Below, one piece after another: positions 53,003-64,000 of a stretch of 64,000 nt of DNA. Every line of letters begins with the position of its first letter. The first letter of the stretch is position 1. A model generated the notes under the pieces. It was not told where the DNA came from. It ran no database searches and saw nothing but the letters and a program-made list of their open reading frames with translations. Source of the DNA: Ancylonema sp. (Eukaryota); the NCBI GenBank assembly GCA_050230475.1, contig JBFLGF010000098.1:1-64000 (forward strand). The letters run 5' to 3'. A program made the position numbers and the translations under genes.

Positions 53003-56000
53003 TCATTGGTAAAGTTTTCCCAGCACGATTCCCCCAAACACAATGGCCCCATACCACTGGTTGGAATTGAACCTGCAAAGACCGCGAAAGGAGGGTAGTG
53101 GACCATCAGGCCGTGCATCCAAGCAGACACGACAAACAACACACCTTCCTAACGCAACTTCGGCAACATATCTCCCGATCAAAACAGAGCAAGATCCACT
53201 ACCTCCCCCACACAGCACCGTGCCTCCTGCCTCCCTCCCCCCTTACTTCCTCCTGCAATCGTCCCTGTCGTCGTAATCCACACCTGCTACTTGCCACGCC
53301 AGCTGGCCACCACTGGCAGACACAGCAACATAAAACGGCCAACCTGTCCCAACCACACACCACCCCCCCGAATTCAGGTTCAGGTTCAGGTTCAGTCCCC
53401 ACCATATGAGGATGCTCATACCACCTCCTCAGACCCTCTGCTCCCTGACCCCATTGGCAATCCTCCTGCCACCCCCTTCTCTCACCCAGCCCAACTGCGT
53501 TGCCAGCTGTCGCCAGCCCCACGAGGGTCGCTGCACTGAACCCTGTGAGCCAAAGGGGGGAGTTGGGTCCGAACAGCAGCGCAGTGGAACGGACGCCCAC
53601 TTGCACGTCATCGACCTTGTCCTGGAAAAACGGAAACATACAAAAAGATGAGCCACCTGTCACTCCTGCTTGTTTTATGTGGTCCAAACTTAGAAGTGTG
53701 CCCTGCACATACATTTGATCCTCTCTATAGACACCCCTCAGGTTTGTCTTGAATGTCGTGCCTTTTTGGGGGGTGTGCCTTTACAGAGGGCGAGATCTAC
53801 AAGCCTTATTATTCATGTTTGCCAAATAAGGTGCCATTATTATATAGCGTGCGCCTATACAGAGGGTCGACCGAAGACACATGTATGTACATATGCGGCA
53901 CCCAACAAAAAAAAAATTGCGAGCAGTCCCATCCGCCCCTTCCCATTCCTTACCTGGTGCGCGTATATGGTGTCGTACACCAGCGTCCAGGACACCCCTG
54001 CCAGGTAGAGAGGCAGGACGACTGGCAGGTTCAGAGAGCCATGCACGGCCGCCCAGCCAAGAAGAGCCCCCCAGTTGAAGGAGAGCCCAAGATAAGCCTG
54101 AGGCTGGGAGGAGGTGGAGGGGGAACCGAACATTATTTTTAGACCTCCTGTTTCACCTTCTTCTTCTTTTTCAAAGATATTGGACTGGGAAGAGAGAATT
54201 TTTTTTTGGAAAAAAAAACTTGGAAAAAAAAACTTGTAAACAAAAACTTGGAAAAAAAAACTTGGAAAAAAAAACTTGGACTAAAACGATGATCTGACGG
54301 TGGGAAGAGGGGATGGCGTGTGATTATTTCCCAGGGAGTGTAAATATCACCCTGAACGCCCCTTTAAAAACCGGGGGGGGGAAACCAGAATTACCCAGTA
54401 CGTGATTCTCTTCATTAGTGGATAGGTGAACACGAGCAGAAGGGAAGAGGCCCCCAGGATTTGACTGCAGAAAGAAGCCACACCCATTCGTGACCAACTC
54501 TACGAAAGATCTGAAAATAAGGTTACGTATATGGGTCTTAGGTTTTATGTTGGTGTACAAGTATACATAGGTTTTTTAGTTTTTACATAGATTTTCTAGG
54601 TTAGGTTAAGGTCAAGGTTAGAGGAGATACTGTTCATCTCTCCTCTAGTTTTGTCATTTTGTACAAAAAGAGCATTTGACCACAGCGAAATGGAACACTT
54701 GTGTATGTTACTGCCACGCCACATCAGCGTCCAAGCCACGTGGCAAAGTACTGATTTTGGTGATGGAAAGGGAGATGAATGGGAGATGTGAAAACGTCCA
54801 GTATCATCCTCATTTTCGACTACCTAGTTAAACTACTATCCCCTTACCAATGCTCCAAATCCCGAAACCACCATGATCGGTACTCACTATTCCGATCAGG
54901 TCCCCCCCCCACAGAGACACACACACCTGAACGCGTTCAGCTGCAGCAGAATTCCTAGTCCCAACATGAGCTGCGCCCCCAGAAACACCACCGCTGCCCT
55001 GCTGCTAACTGTGCCAGCTGCCAGGGGTCGCACCCTGGTGCGAGCCACCTGGCAAGAGGGCAGGCAGGACACCTGTCGGTCACGGAGCAGCTTCACCAAC
55101 CTAGTACAAGTTCATGCAAACAAGAAGAAAAAAAGCAAGAAGCAGAAAGCGAGAAGCGTTTTTGGCAGTGTGTGGAGGGGAATCCAGGCCCAAGATCTGA
55201 ACAGATCCACAGCGAAATCCACCCCCCTGGACCCTGGGCCCTGGCAAAGTCCCGTCCACAGCAGCAGCCTCTGTTCTTTCGTTATATCGAATGCCACGGA
55301 GAGGCACACGTACCTTTGCATCGATTTTTTGGTCCAGAAGGTCGTTCACGGTGCAGCCAGCGCCCCGTAGGAGGACAGCTCCGCCCCCGAACAGGGCCAA
55401 CAGGTGGAGGTCAGGGAGGCTGCCAGGTGGCGCTGCCAGGGCGATGGACCTGGAGTCAAGCGCGGAGAGAGGTGGAGCATCAGTGGTGGGGAGAGAAGAC
55501 GAGGGAGGACCAACGGGATTATGCCAGGTGGCGGTGGGAGGGCAGATGAGGGTGCCATGAGGGGAGGGTACAGTGGATTTGGTAACTCAGGGGATGAGAA
55601 CATAGGCAGAGGGCAGAAAGCTGGAAGGATGAAGTTTGGGAGGGGTAGATGGTGAATTGACGAGGTGTGGCAGGCGACATACGATGCCAGGCAGTGACGT
55701 GGCATTGACAAGGGAGTGGGCGGCGCTGATGGTCACTCGGAGAAGGTGAAGAGAACGGGACGGAATGTGGCCCGAATGTGGAGAAGATTGAAAAAAAACA
55801 ATAATGGGACCCGGATGACATTCAGGGGCGACACAGTGGCAGTTTCTCGGGAAGGAAATTCTAATGATTTCTCTCGTTCTGCCTCTCTCGTTCTCCCGGT
55901 TGTTCCGTTTTTCAAGAGAGAAGAAAGGACCCCAACGATTCAACTCACCAGAAGCATGGCCATGCTAACAGCCATGTCCCAATGGGCTTGTCTAGACGCG

Positions 56001-56679
56001 CCAAGTGGGCGTATGGGCGGAAGCTAGAAGGCAGCAACCACTCAATCCACGATCCAGGCTCCTTGCCATCCAATCCTCCTCCGCTACTGTTTCTCGGTGT
56101 GGAATCTTCGGGTACTTTTGCCCCTCCGTCCGGCGAACGGAAGTCAAGCTGGGATACGGACGAGTTGGAGTCCGAGGAGGAGTTACGGACGCCATTCGCG
56201 ATGCTGTGATACGCCAGGTGGTGAGCTGGATGGCTGATTCTTTTGGCAAGACAGGGAGGCGGTAGGGTATGCCAGCCGTTTGAGACCGCTGACGGCTGAC
56301 GGGATGCCGGCTGGACGGTCGGGGGCTCTCTACACATGTGTTCGGAAGACCTACTCTCTGCGAGCATTTGTTGGGAGCTCTTTCCAGATTCGTCCTCCCA
56401 TATGTGATAATGAGTATGGGGGTGCCACCCCCAAGCAAGAGTCTGTCTACTCCTGCCTTGTGGATTCCCACCCAGCGAGTCAGGTTCTTGGCATGTCTCC
56501 CTTGTATGGAACAGAGGAGGCATTGCTGCCCATGTTTCCTGCTGAGCGGCTGGATGGTGATTTATATCACATGCTCTGGTAGCACTCAGAGGCACAGAAG
56601 TCACCCTCCACCTTCCCGACCAGCACAGGGCGTTTGCTACGTCCCCAGATCGACGTATCCTATCGACGAAGCGCAACAT
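53003..56679 (-). CDS. COQ2: 4-hydroxybenzoate polyprenyltransferase (UbiA family, mitochondrial); exons 56679-55949, 55449-55314, 55048-54927, 54464-54395, 54103-53954, 53621-53486, 53343-53247, 53072-53003
   Basis: [109 protein letters not shown] introns in phase. Confidence 0.96.
54207..54280. repeat. Tandem (GGAAAAAAAAACTT)-like repeat, about 5 units, in a COQ2 intron
   Basis: Directly visible. Confidence 0.8.
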
Positions 56680-57488
56680 TTAGGAAGTTTAAGCTAAGTA
56701 TTCTACCATACAGTGTACCAAGATCACCAGTGCAAAATACTTACCCAATATCTATAACTTGGAATATAATAATTTCCACACATAAAAATGGTTGATCATG
56801 ATCTAGTGCCGAGTATTTGAACGGGATAGGTGTTATTTTTTTGGCTTGCCCAGAAAAATGCTGATATCACGATATCAACACGTACTGAACTCCTGCTAAC
56901 TCCAGACCCAGTTGGCGGTTACCCTCCGCAAGAGTACATACAAAGCTTCCATGTTTCCCATTCCATCACACACCTGGGCGGGAAAAGGGGAGGCGTTAAT
57001 ATCTGGTATCCGCCAGTTTCATCCTACATGCGCCAGTCGAATGGCGGAACAACTCGGTCTTCCGTTCGATACACCGTACCGACAGTCCGATATTAAGAAA
57101 CCAAAAAACGCCCGGGGGAAATGTTTCATACAACGAGTTTTTTTTGTTTTTTTTTGTTTTTTTTTGTTTTTTTTTGTTTTTTTTGGTATTGTCAATCTTC
57201 GTTCTATTTCCCGTCCGGGCCAGCTGTATGTTGCAGTTGGCACATCCCTTGACTCAAGAGCGGGCGGGTCCCAGCTCAAGGGGCTTGAGCTGCTTCGCAC
57301 CTTGGCTGCTTTCGCAATTCACTCGCACCCGCACGTGCAGCTGGTCGTGGGCGGTGACTACCGCGGTATCCGGATCAGTGGTCCGAAGTCTTTCTTAACT
57401 TGGAGAGTGGTTTGCATGAGAGCATCCCGGAATCCATAGGATATGGGCCTCCGTCATGCATACCACGTGAAGTTTCAATAACGTACTT

Positions 57489-58427
57489 ATGTTAGCTGCG
57501 CGTTCCAGTACGTCCGTGCTTTGGCGCAAATGGCGCAGTTCCCCTCTCTCTCCTGCAGTCGCCGCTTGGGTTAGGCCGCTGTCGGATAAATCTGAGGATG
57601 GTCCCCATGAAGACCTTGCCCATCCTTTTACTCGTACGCCGTTACCTGGGAGGCAGTTTCCTCGGGAGGAGGTCTCCCGGGGGGGCATGGGGCCCGGTCT
57701 CAGTGTGCGACAGAAGAGAGTGGGAGCTCAGGTTATGGCTGCCCTTTCGATGGAGCTTGGGCAAGGTCCTTTAAGGGATCCACTTATGCAAGACTGTGGC
57801 TTCGGAATTTTAGAGGTACAGGTTGAGAAATTTCATGCATGAATACAATTGTGTGGTTCACCGTCACATGCCAGGCTTCCTGTGGCTTACATACATTGAC
57901 AGTGTCGCAAGGTCAACAGCTGCGCAAGGTGACCTGTTGCCCACACCCTCATATGCAGCTCATATGTAGCTCTGAGAATGGATATCGAAGTGTTAAGGAC
58001 CATTTGTCAAACCATTGTCCACACCCGGCGTGTGTACCACCTAATTCTTTTCGACTCTGTGTAAACAGAGTTAACATAAGTATGGGAACGCATGTGTGCA
58101 TCACCTGACCCTTATCAGGGTAGTAAATGAACGCAGTCAAGCCAGCCTTCATTTTATTGATGGTCTTAATACCTTTCCCCAGCTGGCTTGCAGGTGCGAG
58201 TGTCAGCTGATTTGCGAACCGCCCATATTCTTTGGTCTGCGGCAGCAAATCAGCATCAAACTGCTGAGAAGCTGCTACGTTCACACATACGTCGTCTCCG
58301 CTCTTTCGTATTCTCTCACCTTAACCTGCCCTTCTCCCCCGTACTCCAGTTCCGTAAATGGGACCCCTCTAAAGATAAATACAATGAGGCATTAGATGCA
58401 GCCTTTTTAGCAATCAAAGATAGCTAA
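57489..58427 (+). CDS. Ribosome-binding factor A (RbfA) domain protein, probably mitochondrial; exons 57489-57815, 58194-58427
   Basis: Basic, Ser-rich presequence; RQKRVGAQVMAALS...ILEVRVSADLRTAHILW...LRSFVFSHLNLPFSPVLQF matches the RbfA pattern (R..RV...; V.VS.DL..A; P.L.F). Confidence 0.8.
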
Positions 58428-58512
58428 GTGCTCATACAGGATCGGGATCCCTTCATGGCATTCAGTGTAGGGTCTTGGTATCTGTTCTAGGGAGGCTATT
58501 TGTCCGCTAGTA

Positions 58513-59812
58513 CCGTATTGGGCACCCTAAATAATTTCTGTTTTTCCAAAAATAATTATTTTCGTGATGATTTTTCAAAATAATCCCGGGATTCCGTTAG
58601 TTATTATCGATGATTTGTGTTAATGATTCCATGAATCCGTTAGTTATTACAGTATAACCTGTTACAAGGAATACCGTCTAAAGGAATAACCTGTCTAAAG
58701 GAATAGTAATTGTCCCCCCCGACGCTGGGGGAGTGTAATTTTTCCAAAACCTGCATAACTCTCTAAAGAAATACTTTTCTAGCCCCCCGTGATAGGTGTA
58801 AAATAATAAAGGCTGACACAAGAAGAGGATGTCGGCCCGTTCGGGATATATATCAACAAAAAGGTGTACAAATTCCGTACATTTTCTGACAGATTTTTGT
58901 TCATCCGTACCGGATTCGTATCTTCGAGGTTGTGGGTCGTTACGATGAAACACCCTAGACGACAAAATATGGCCGGGCAGTATTTTGCTGGTGGTGTTAG
59001 TGCCTTCCACGTGCACGTATATTGTTGGAATTGATAGATTTGGCCCCTAGTATCTCCCTCATTGTGGGAAGTTACTTGAGAGGAGGCTAAACGACAAAAT
59101 ATTGGTCGTGTGAACCGGGAAAACACGTTTGAACGAATTATGAGCGTGATAGTGGATAGTTTTCCGTCGGAGGCACATGGGAACGGGTTTCGCTACAGTT
59201 AGAACCAAAACTGTCTGAGTGCATAACCTGTCTAAAGGAATACTTTTTCTCCTACCCGACAGTATTCCTTTAGACAGGTTATACTGTATCATTGATGTTT
59301 GGGGATGACTCCGGATTGTAGGAATTAAAAGCGTAAAAGATTTCCTTGTTTAGGAATTAAAAATCAAATGATCTGTCTTCATCTGGGCCATTCTTGCATA
59401 TTTACCGTACATTTTAACTTCAAAAGCGCACGTGGCAAGCACTCGTACTAGTCGCGATATCTCGACCGGCCACAATTTTGTCGTTATGGATGGTCTTAAT
59501 TTGTCGTGTAGCGCGTCAAGTCGGTAATACTTCCCATATCGTGGGAGTTTAGGGCCCGGTACGTAGTTTCTGACGCCGTACATGTTGCTCGTCCAAAAAT
59601 GTGTCATTTTGCACGTGCCTACTTGGTCGTGTACCTCGTTTCATCACATGTAGAGTCACATCCAGGTGATCCCGAGTTTCCCGTAAATGATTCCGAAAAC
59701 GGGTCTTATTAATGATATTGAGTATCCTTTTTCTACCAGTTAGTAATTAATTTAAATGATTACTTTCGGGTTTCAGTAATTAATCAAAAATCATTTACGG
59801 TGCCCAGTACGG
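58513..59812. mobile_element. TA-flanked MITE, copy 2 of 6726-7386, carrying a nested insertion
   Basis: Collinear with 6726-7386 on both sides of the insertion; TIRs CCGTATTGGGCACC / GGTGCCCAGTACGG. Confidence 0.88.
58650..59286. mobile_element. 637-bp Tc1/mariner-type MITE nested in the previous element
   Basis: TIR CAGTATAACCTGT / ACAGGTTATACTG with TA duplication; the empty site (GTTATTATCAATGAT) is visible in the copy at about 6857. Confidence 0.9.
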
Positions 59813-61474
59813 TATATCTCTTTGCATCCACTACTCCCCTCAATAAAACGTCCTTGACGAATGTACGCCCTCACTTTCACTTCCCATATCCACCATTGTG
59901 TACGTGCTTCAATCAATGAAGTGATCGCTGGAAACTGTCATGTGTTTGCTTATTACTAGTTGCCAGGAATCGGCGACCTTTGGCTCCAAATTGTGGTCCA
60001 GACCAGCGAATCGCGGGACCGTAATACTGCGTAAACCGCTCGTGAAGTCGAAAAATAATGCTAGTTATAGATTACAGATAATTAAGATTCGAAAATGAAA
60101 TTGAGTCAGAAAATTGTTGAATTTGAGCCCAAGTTGTTGTTGTTGTAAATGCTAAATATGGGGAAACTCCTTCAGTATGACATTCCCACAAGTACCAATT
60201 CATCAAAAATCCATTCCGACTTTTACAAAATAAATGTTGGATACGGTTATCCGGTTAACAATCACAAAACCATACATATTTCGTCGATTGTTCAATCTCT
60301 CCCAATGATCCATTGCAGTACTTCAAGGACTAGTTTTGCGGACATGCTACCAGGATAAATCGTTCACAATTCATTCATGTCAGCTTTCCATCTTGTGTAG
60401 CGGACAAACCGAGTTAGAGTTAGATGATGCCAAGACCGGAAGATTGGAGAGATGGAAATGTTAGTATAAAATACTACTAGCCCGCCCAATTCTCATTAAC
60501 ATTTGATGTCAACGGATGTGTCTCGATCAAGATCTGATTGTGCATGTCATTGTGCTACTGTTTCTAAATGAATGGCCTGCAAGCCTCCACCATGGTTCGG
60601 TTTACCTTCTAAACTGCATAACACAATACACCTGATGTACTACGGCTATCATTGTAATCTTTACACCTGTATCACACTAAGACTACATACTTGTATCACA
60701 TAGCAACAATTCGAGCAAATAAAGGTTAGCAAGGAAAGAAGGCCTGAGGTCAGAGGTCAATATCAGAGGTCTGATATTGATTGTAAATCATTATCTAGCA
60801 TCGTGTCCTACCCAAACTTGAACTTGTTTTTCTCCAGCTTGAGAAACCACCTTGGAGATCTTTGGACCAGTATGAATATTATAATATTTTGTTACCTCAT
60901 CCAGAGTTTAAAACAAGGCAAGTATGAAGGGATCACGCGGAGTTCAAAAGATTACCGTTGTGTCCGCAATGCACCTGTTCAGGTTCAGTTGGAGACACAC
61001 AGAATGCTATCAAATTGAACACATGTGATGACATTTGCAAAAGTTAACAGGACTACAACTGTACAGGGAAAAACCTCAAGGAGAAACAACCACTTCGGTG
61101 ATTTGACTACCTTTCTTCGCCCGAAACCGATTTGTAAATTACCAGTTGAATACTACGCAGCAAATCTCGCTGCCACAGAAGGCACTCAGCCACTCGGCCA
61201 CTCTCCATCGCCAACCTCGCCGTACAACTCTTCCTGAGACTGCACCTATATTCCATCGTCCGAAGGTTAACCTGATTATAGCTGCTGACATGATGACATC
61301 GGTAACTAATGACTTCGGTACTTTCATCTACTATGTACAAATCAGGGCTTCACAAGGGAACCCGGAGACAGTCCGCCAAAGCGACTAATACATAAAGTAA
61401 TACCCTTTGTATTCAGTCTAAGCAGCTGTCAATAATCGCTTCGCGATTCCGGTTGATAGACTAAATCCACCGGC

Positions 61475-62206
61475 CTACGAAATAACTTCCAGGATACCGA
61501 CAGAAGCCAGAGAGCCCTGCCCTCCACTCTCAGCGGCGGCCATCTGACCTCTTGGAACACAGTTCCTGATCATACTCGCCTGAGCTTCCGTAGTTCCGTA
61601 CCATAATCCATTTAGATCATCCCAACGTACCCACTCCCTCAAGGAGCGCGGGTCTTGCCAGCTCCCTCGCGGAATCACATCCCCTTGCCGAGATGCATGA
61701 GAAGCGTGGAGTTCGTCTTGGGGACGGCCCTGCTGAACGTGTCCAAAATCGGCCCCCGTTGTAAACTCGGACCGTACAGGGACTTGGGGGAATGAAAATG
61801 TTTCCGTCTGGGAGGCTGGGGGGCCCGAGCGTGCAGGGTTATCGCTTGGAAGGCGAGACGATCCGAACATCATATCAGGCATATATTTGCTCTCCGGGAC
61901 ACAGGTATGGTCATTGCCGTCTTCCAGGATTTCAGGGCAAGGAGACTCCGCCGAGCTGGCCACGTCGGTCGCCTCCACCCAGATGCTTTCCATTGGGACG
62001 AATGGGGACCGTTGCCGGTGATATGCAAGAAACGGCTTCTGAGGGGCCTGTTCGATGACGCCCCTTTTTGCATCCGGCCCGACTTCCTCGAACGATCGCC
62101 GCTTATGTCCCAACTCCACCCGGCCCAGAGTGGCAGTATCGGCGGCATCGGCGGTGAGGAACTCCGACGACGCGCATCTTCGAATAGCCGAACGAGTACC
62201 CTTCAT
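61475..62206 (-). CDS. Hypothetical protein (243-aa ORF, no recognised domain)
   Basis: Long GC-richer ORF in AT-rich surroundings; disordered-looking S/P/A/E-rich sequence; may be the first exon of a spliced gene. Confidence 0.4.
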   Translation of the reverse strand: MKGTRSAIRRCASSEFLTADAADTATLGRVELGHKRRSFEEVGPDAKRGVIEQAPQKPFLAYHRQRSPFVPMESIWVEATDVASSAESPCPEILEDGNDHTCVPESKYMPDMMFGSSRLPSDNPARSGPPASQTETFSFPQVPVRSEFTTGADFGHVQQGRPQDELHASHASRQGDVIPRGSWQDPRSLREWVRWDDLNGLWYGTTEAQASMIRNCVPRGQMAAAESGGQGSLASVGILEVIS

Positions 62207-63167
62207 TGCGTAATGGAATCGGAGAGTAAAGACGTTCTGAACGAAGACGATGAAAAGAGCGCACACAGTCGTACCTGTTCTTTACCAGGCACAGCAGAAC
62301 GACAGGAACCTGAAGGTGGAAATCTAGTTACTCTCGAGGACTGATGAACGTCTCTGCGAGAGATGGCTGAGAGATTTGGGTCATAGAAGCGCCAGCGAGT
62401 AGATTTGGCAAGACTATCCAACACCCCGATTGAAGCTGGCTAAAACCTTGTCAAGATTATGTTGGCTAAGACGGAAAATCTTAATTATGGCCAATCATGC
62501 GCAAATTTCGAATAAGCGATTACTTCCGTTCGCTCTTACATGACATCTATATTGTATTTGCATGTGTGCTTCTGTACGCAATATCTTTCAATATAGTATA
62601 ACGTTGGGGAGGGGGTTGACGAAAAATAAGAGGGGAGTTTTTTGTGAGGGCGACGCAAGTTATAACTTTTGACTTTCAACATCTATTTAACTATGCAATT
62701 TGGATCGTTCCACATAACTCTTGTTGGGCATCGATTGTGTCGATATTGTGTGTACATTCTAACGCCTCAATATAAAATATATCTCTTCGTGCCAACCTAC
62801 TACAATCATCCGTATTTGAATAGAACTCTCAATATAATTTATTTGCAACAAAATTATGATAGCATTCAAAATACACACGTACACGCCGAATCGTACTCAG
62901 CAAGTACATGCTTCAAGTACTCTAAGTTTTGCAGCCAAGAGACTTTCATCCACAATTTGAAACGTAGAACATCAAGAAATGCAAGCGAGTGCCATTCGAT
63001 TTGAGAGCTCAATTTCGATGACTCGCACTTTCCCTCGTTTTGGTAGTGACATCTGATATTCATGTACATAGTCAACGTCATTGTACAGAGTCTAGTGACA
63101 ACTCGATATAATAACTTCAAATTTGTGACTGTGTCGAGGCGAGCCTATATTTGTATTCGTGTTATTT

Positions 63168-63629
63168 ATGAGAACTTTGTGCTCTGAGATCCATTTCCAG
63201 GCCCCGACTTTTGAGCCCGGATATTTTCCAATCCCGGAGCCCAAACCGTTTTGGTGGGGTCCCAGCACTCTACCGGGGGGCTAGCCCCTCGGAGGGCTCG
63301 GAGGAGGTGCAGTCCCACTACTTCCCTCACCATGCGCCGGGTGCCGCTCGAATCAACACCAGAAGCTTTGGGAGTACTCCCTCTCCTAATCTTGGCGTCG
63401 AGGAAGAATTTGGGCGCTTGTGGCTGGCGCAACCAAATGCGTTTTACTCTAATGGGCTACCTTAGGGGATTCAACTAGCACGGGATGAAATAGCACGCGT
63501 GGTGAATTGCAATGACGTGTCGGACCTTGTCATAGTAGACAATGCTACCACTGCAGCAATGATTGTGGCCCAAAAGATTGCGGCTGATTTCGTATCGGGA
63601 AAACGCGGTGCGGGAGACGCGTTACGTTG
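63168..63629 (+). pseudogene. L-cysteine desulfhydrase / class-V aminotransferase-like 5' fragment
   Basis: FPHHAPGAARINTRSFGSTP...WLAQPNAFYSNGLP*GIQLARDEIARVVNCNDVSDLVIVDNATTAAMIVAQ resembles the plant LCD N-terminus (ARINNGSFG, VDNATTA); in-frame TAG at 63463-63465; the nearest ATG (63168) is out of frame; GT donor at about 63630. Confidence 0.75.
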
Positions 63630-64000
63630 GTAACCGAAAAAGTATTGGGTTTTTTGAAAAAATATGAAGAGGAGTAGGTTCAATCGCAAGGTTGGACAAT
63701 GTTATCACACATCCAACTCCTATAAATTCTTTTTGGTTTTTCCAAAAAAAGTTTTAAAAATTTGGAAGTTTTGTTGGGTTCTTTTTTTAAAGAGTAGCTC
63801 CAATCACTTGTGAAATTCAATATAGATGATAGAGTTACATTGGTACACGATTTATACGGTCAATTCTTGTATAAACATCATGGTTTATTATATGCATTTG
63901 TAGTCAAGTCAACGACACAAATCAGCGATTTGCGAATGTGTAGCAAATATTTGTTGAGTAAGTTTTTTGTTTTTTTTTCTCGTGTTTTTCGACAGGAATA

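Noticed and set aside
31053..63465. Variant nuclear genetic code (TAG or TGA reassigned) to explain the in-frame stops
   Set aside because: Intact genes here terminate with TAG (rbcS, PTB), TAA (oleosin, RbfA-like) and TGA (COQ2) at expected positions, and the MFS and LCD-like genes carry other lesions.

Overview
Intron-rich, transposon-dense nuclear DNA from a green plant. The rbcS, oleosin and PTB sequences point to a streptophyte, probably a non-seed lineage (charophyte alga or bryophyte); the species cannot be determined from sequence alone. Five apparently intact spliced genes: oleosin (+, 8404-9609), polypyrimidine-tract-binding protein (+, 33608-38452), Rubisco small subunit (+, 44302-45115), COQ2/PPT1 4-hydroxybenzoate polyprenyltransferase (-, 53003-56679) and an RbfA-domain protein (+, 57489-58427). 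Four disabled genes are interspersed: (i) a tonoplast dicarboxylate transporter exon, (ii) a 9-exon gene fusing a signal peptide, a truncated-globin-like domain resembling a fungal secreted family, and a desiccation-related (PCC13-62) ferritin-like domain, with two in-frame TGAs, (iii) an MFS transporter whose second exon lies on the opposite strand, and (iv) an L-cysteine desulfhydrase-like fragment. Mobile DNA includes an endonuclease-bearing Helitron (Helentron-type) remnant split by a solo LTR, two decayed Copia elements (one with an inverted integrase segment), another solo LTR, several hAT MITEs with 8-bp TSDs, nested TA-flanked Tc1/mariner-type MITEs and long microsatellites. The best novelty candidates are the globin-like/ferritin-like fusion and the opposite-strand MFS exon. 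All family assignments come from motif recognition by eye, not from database searches.
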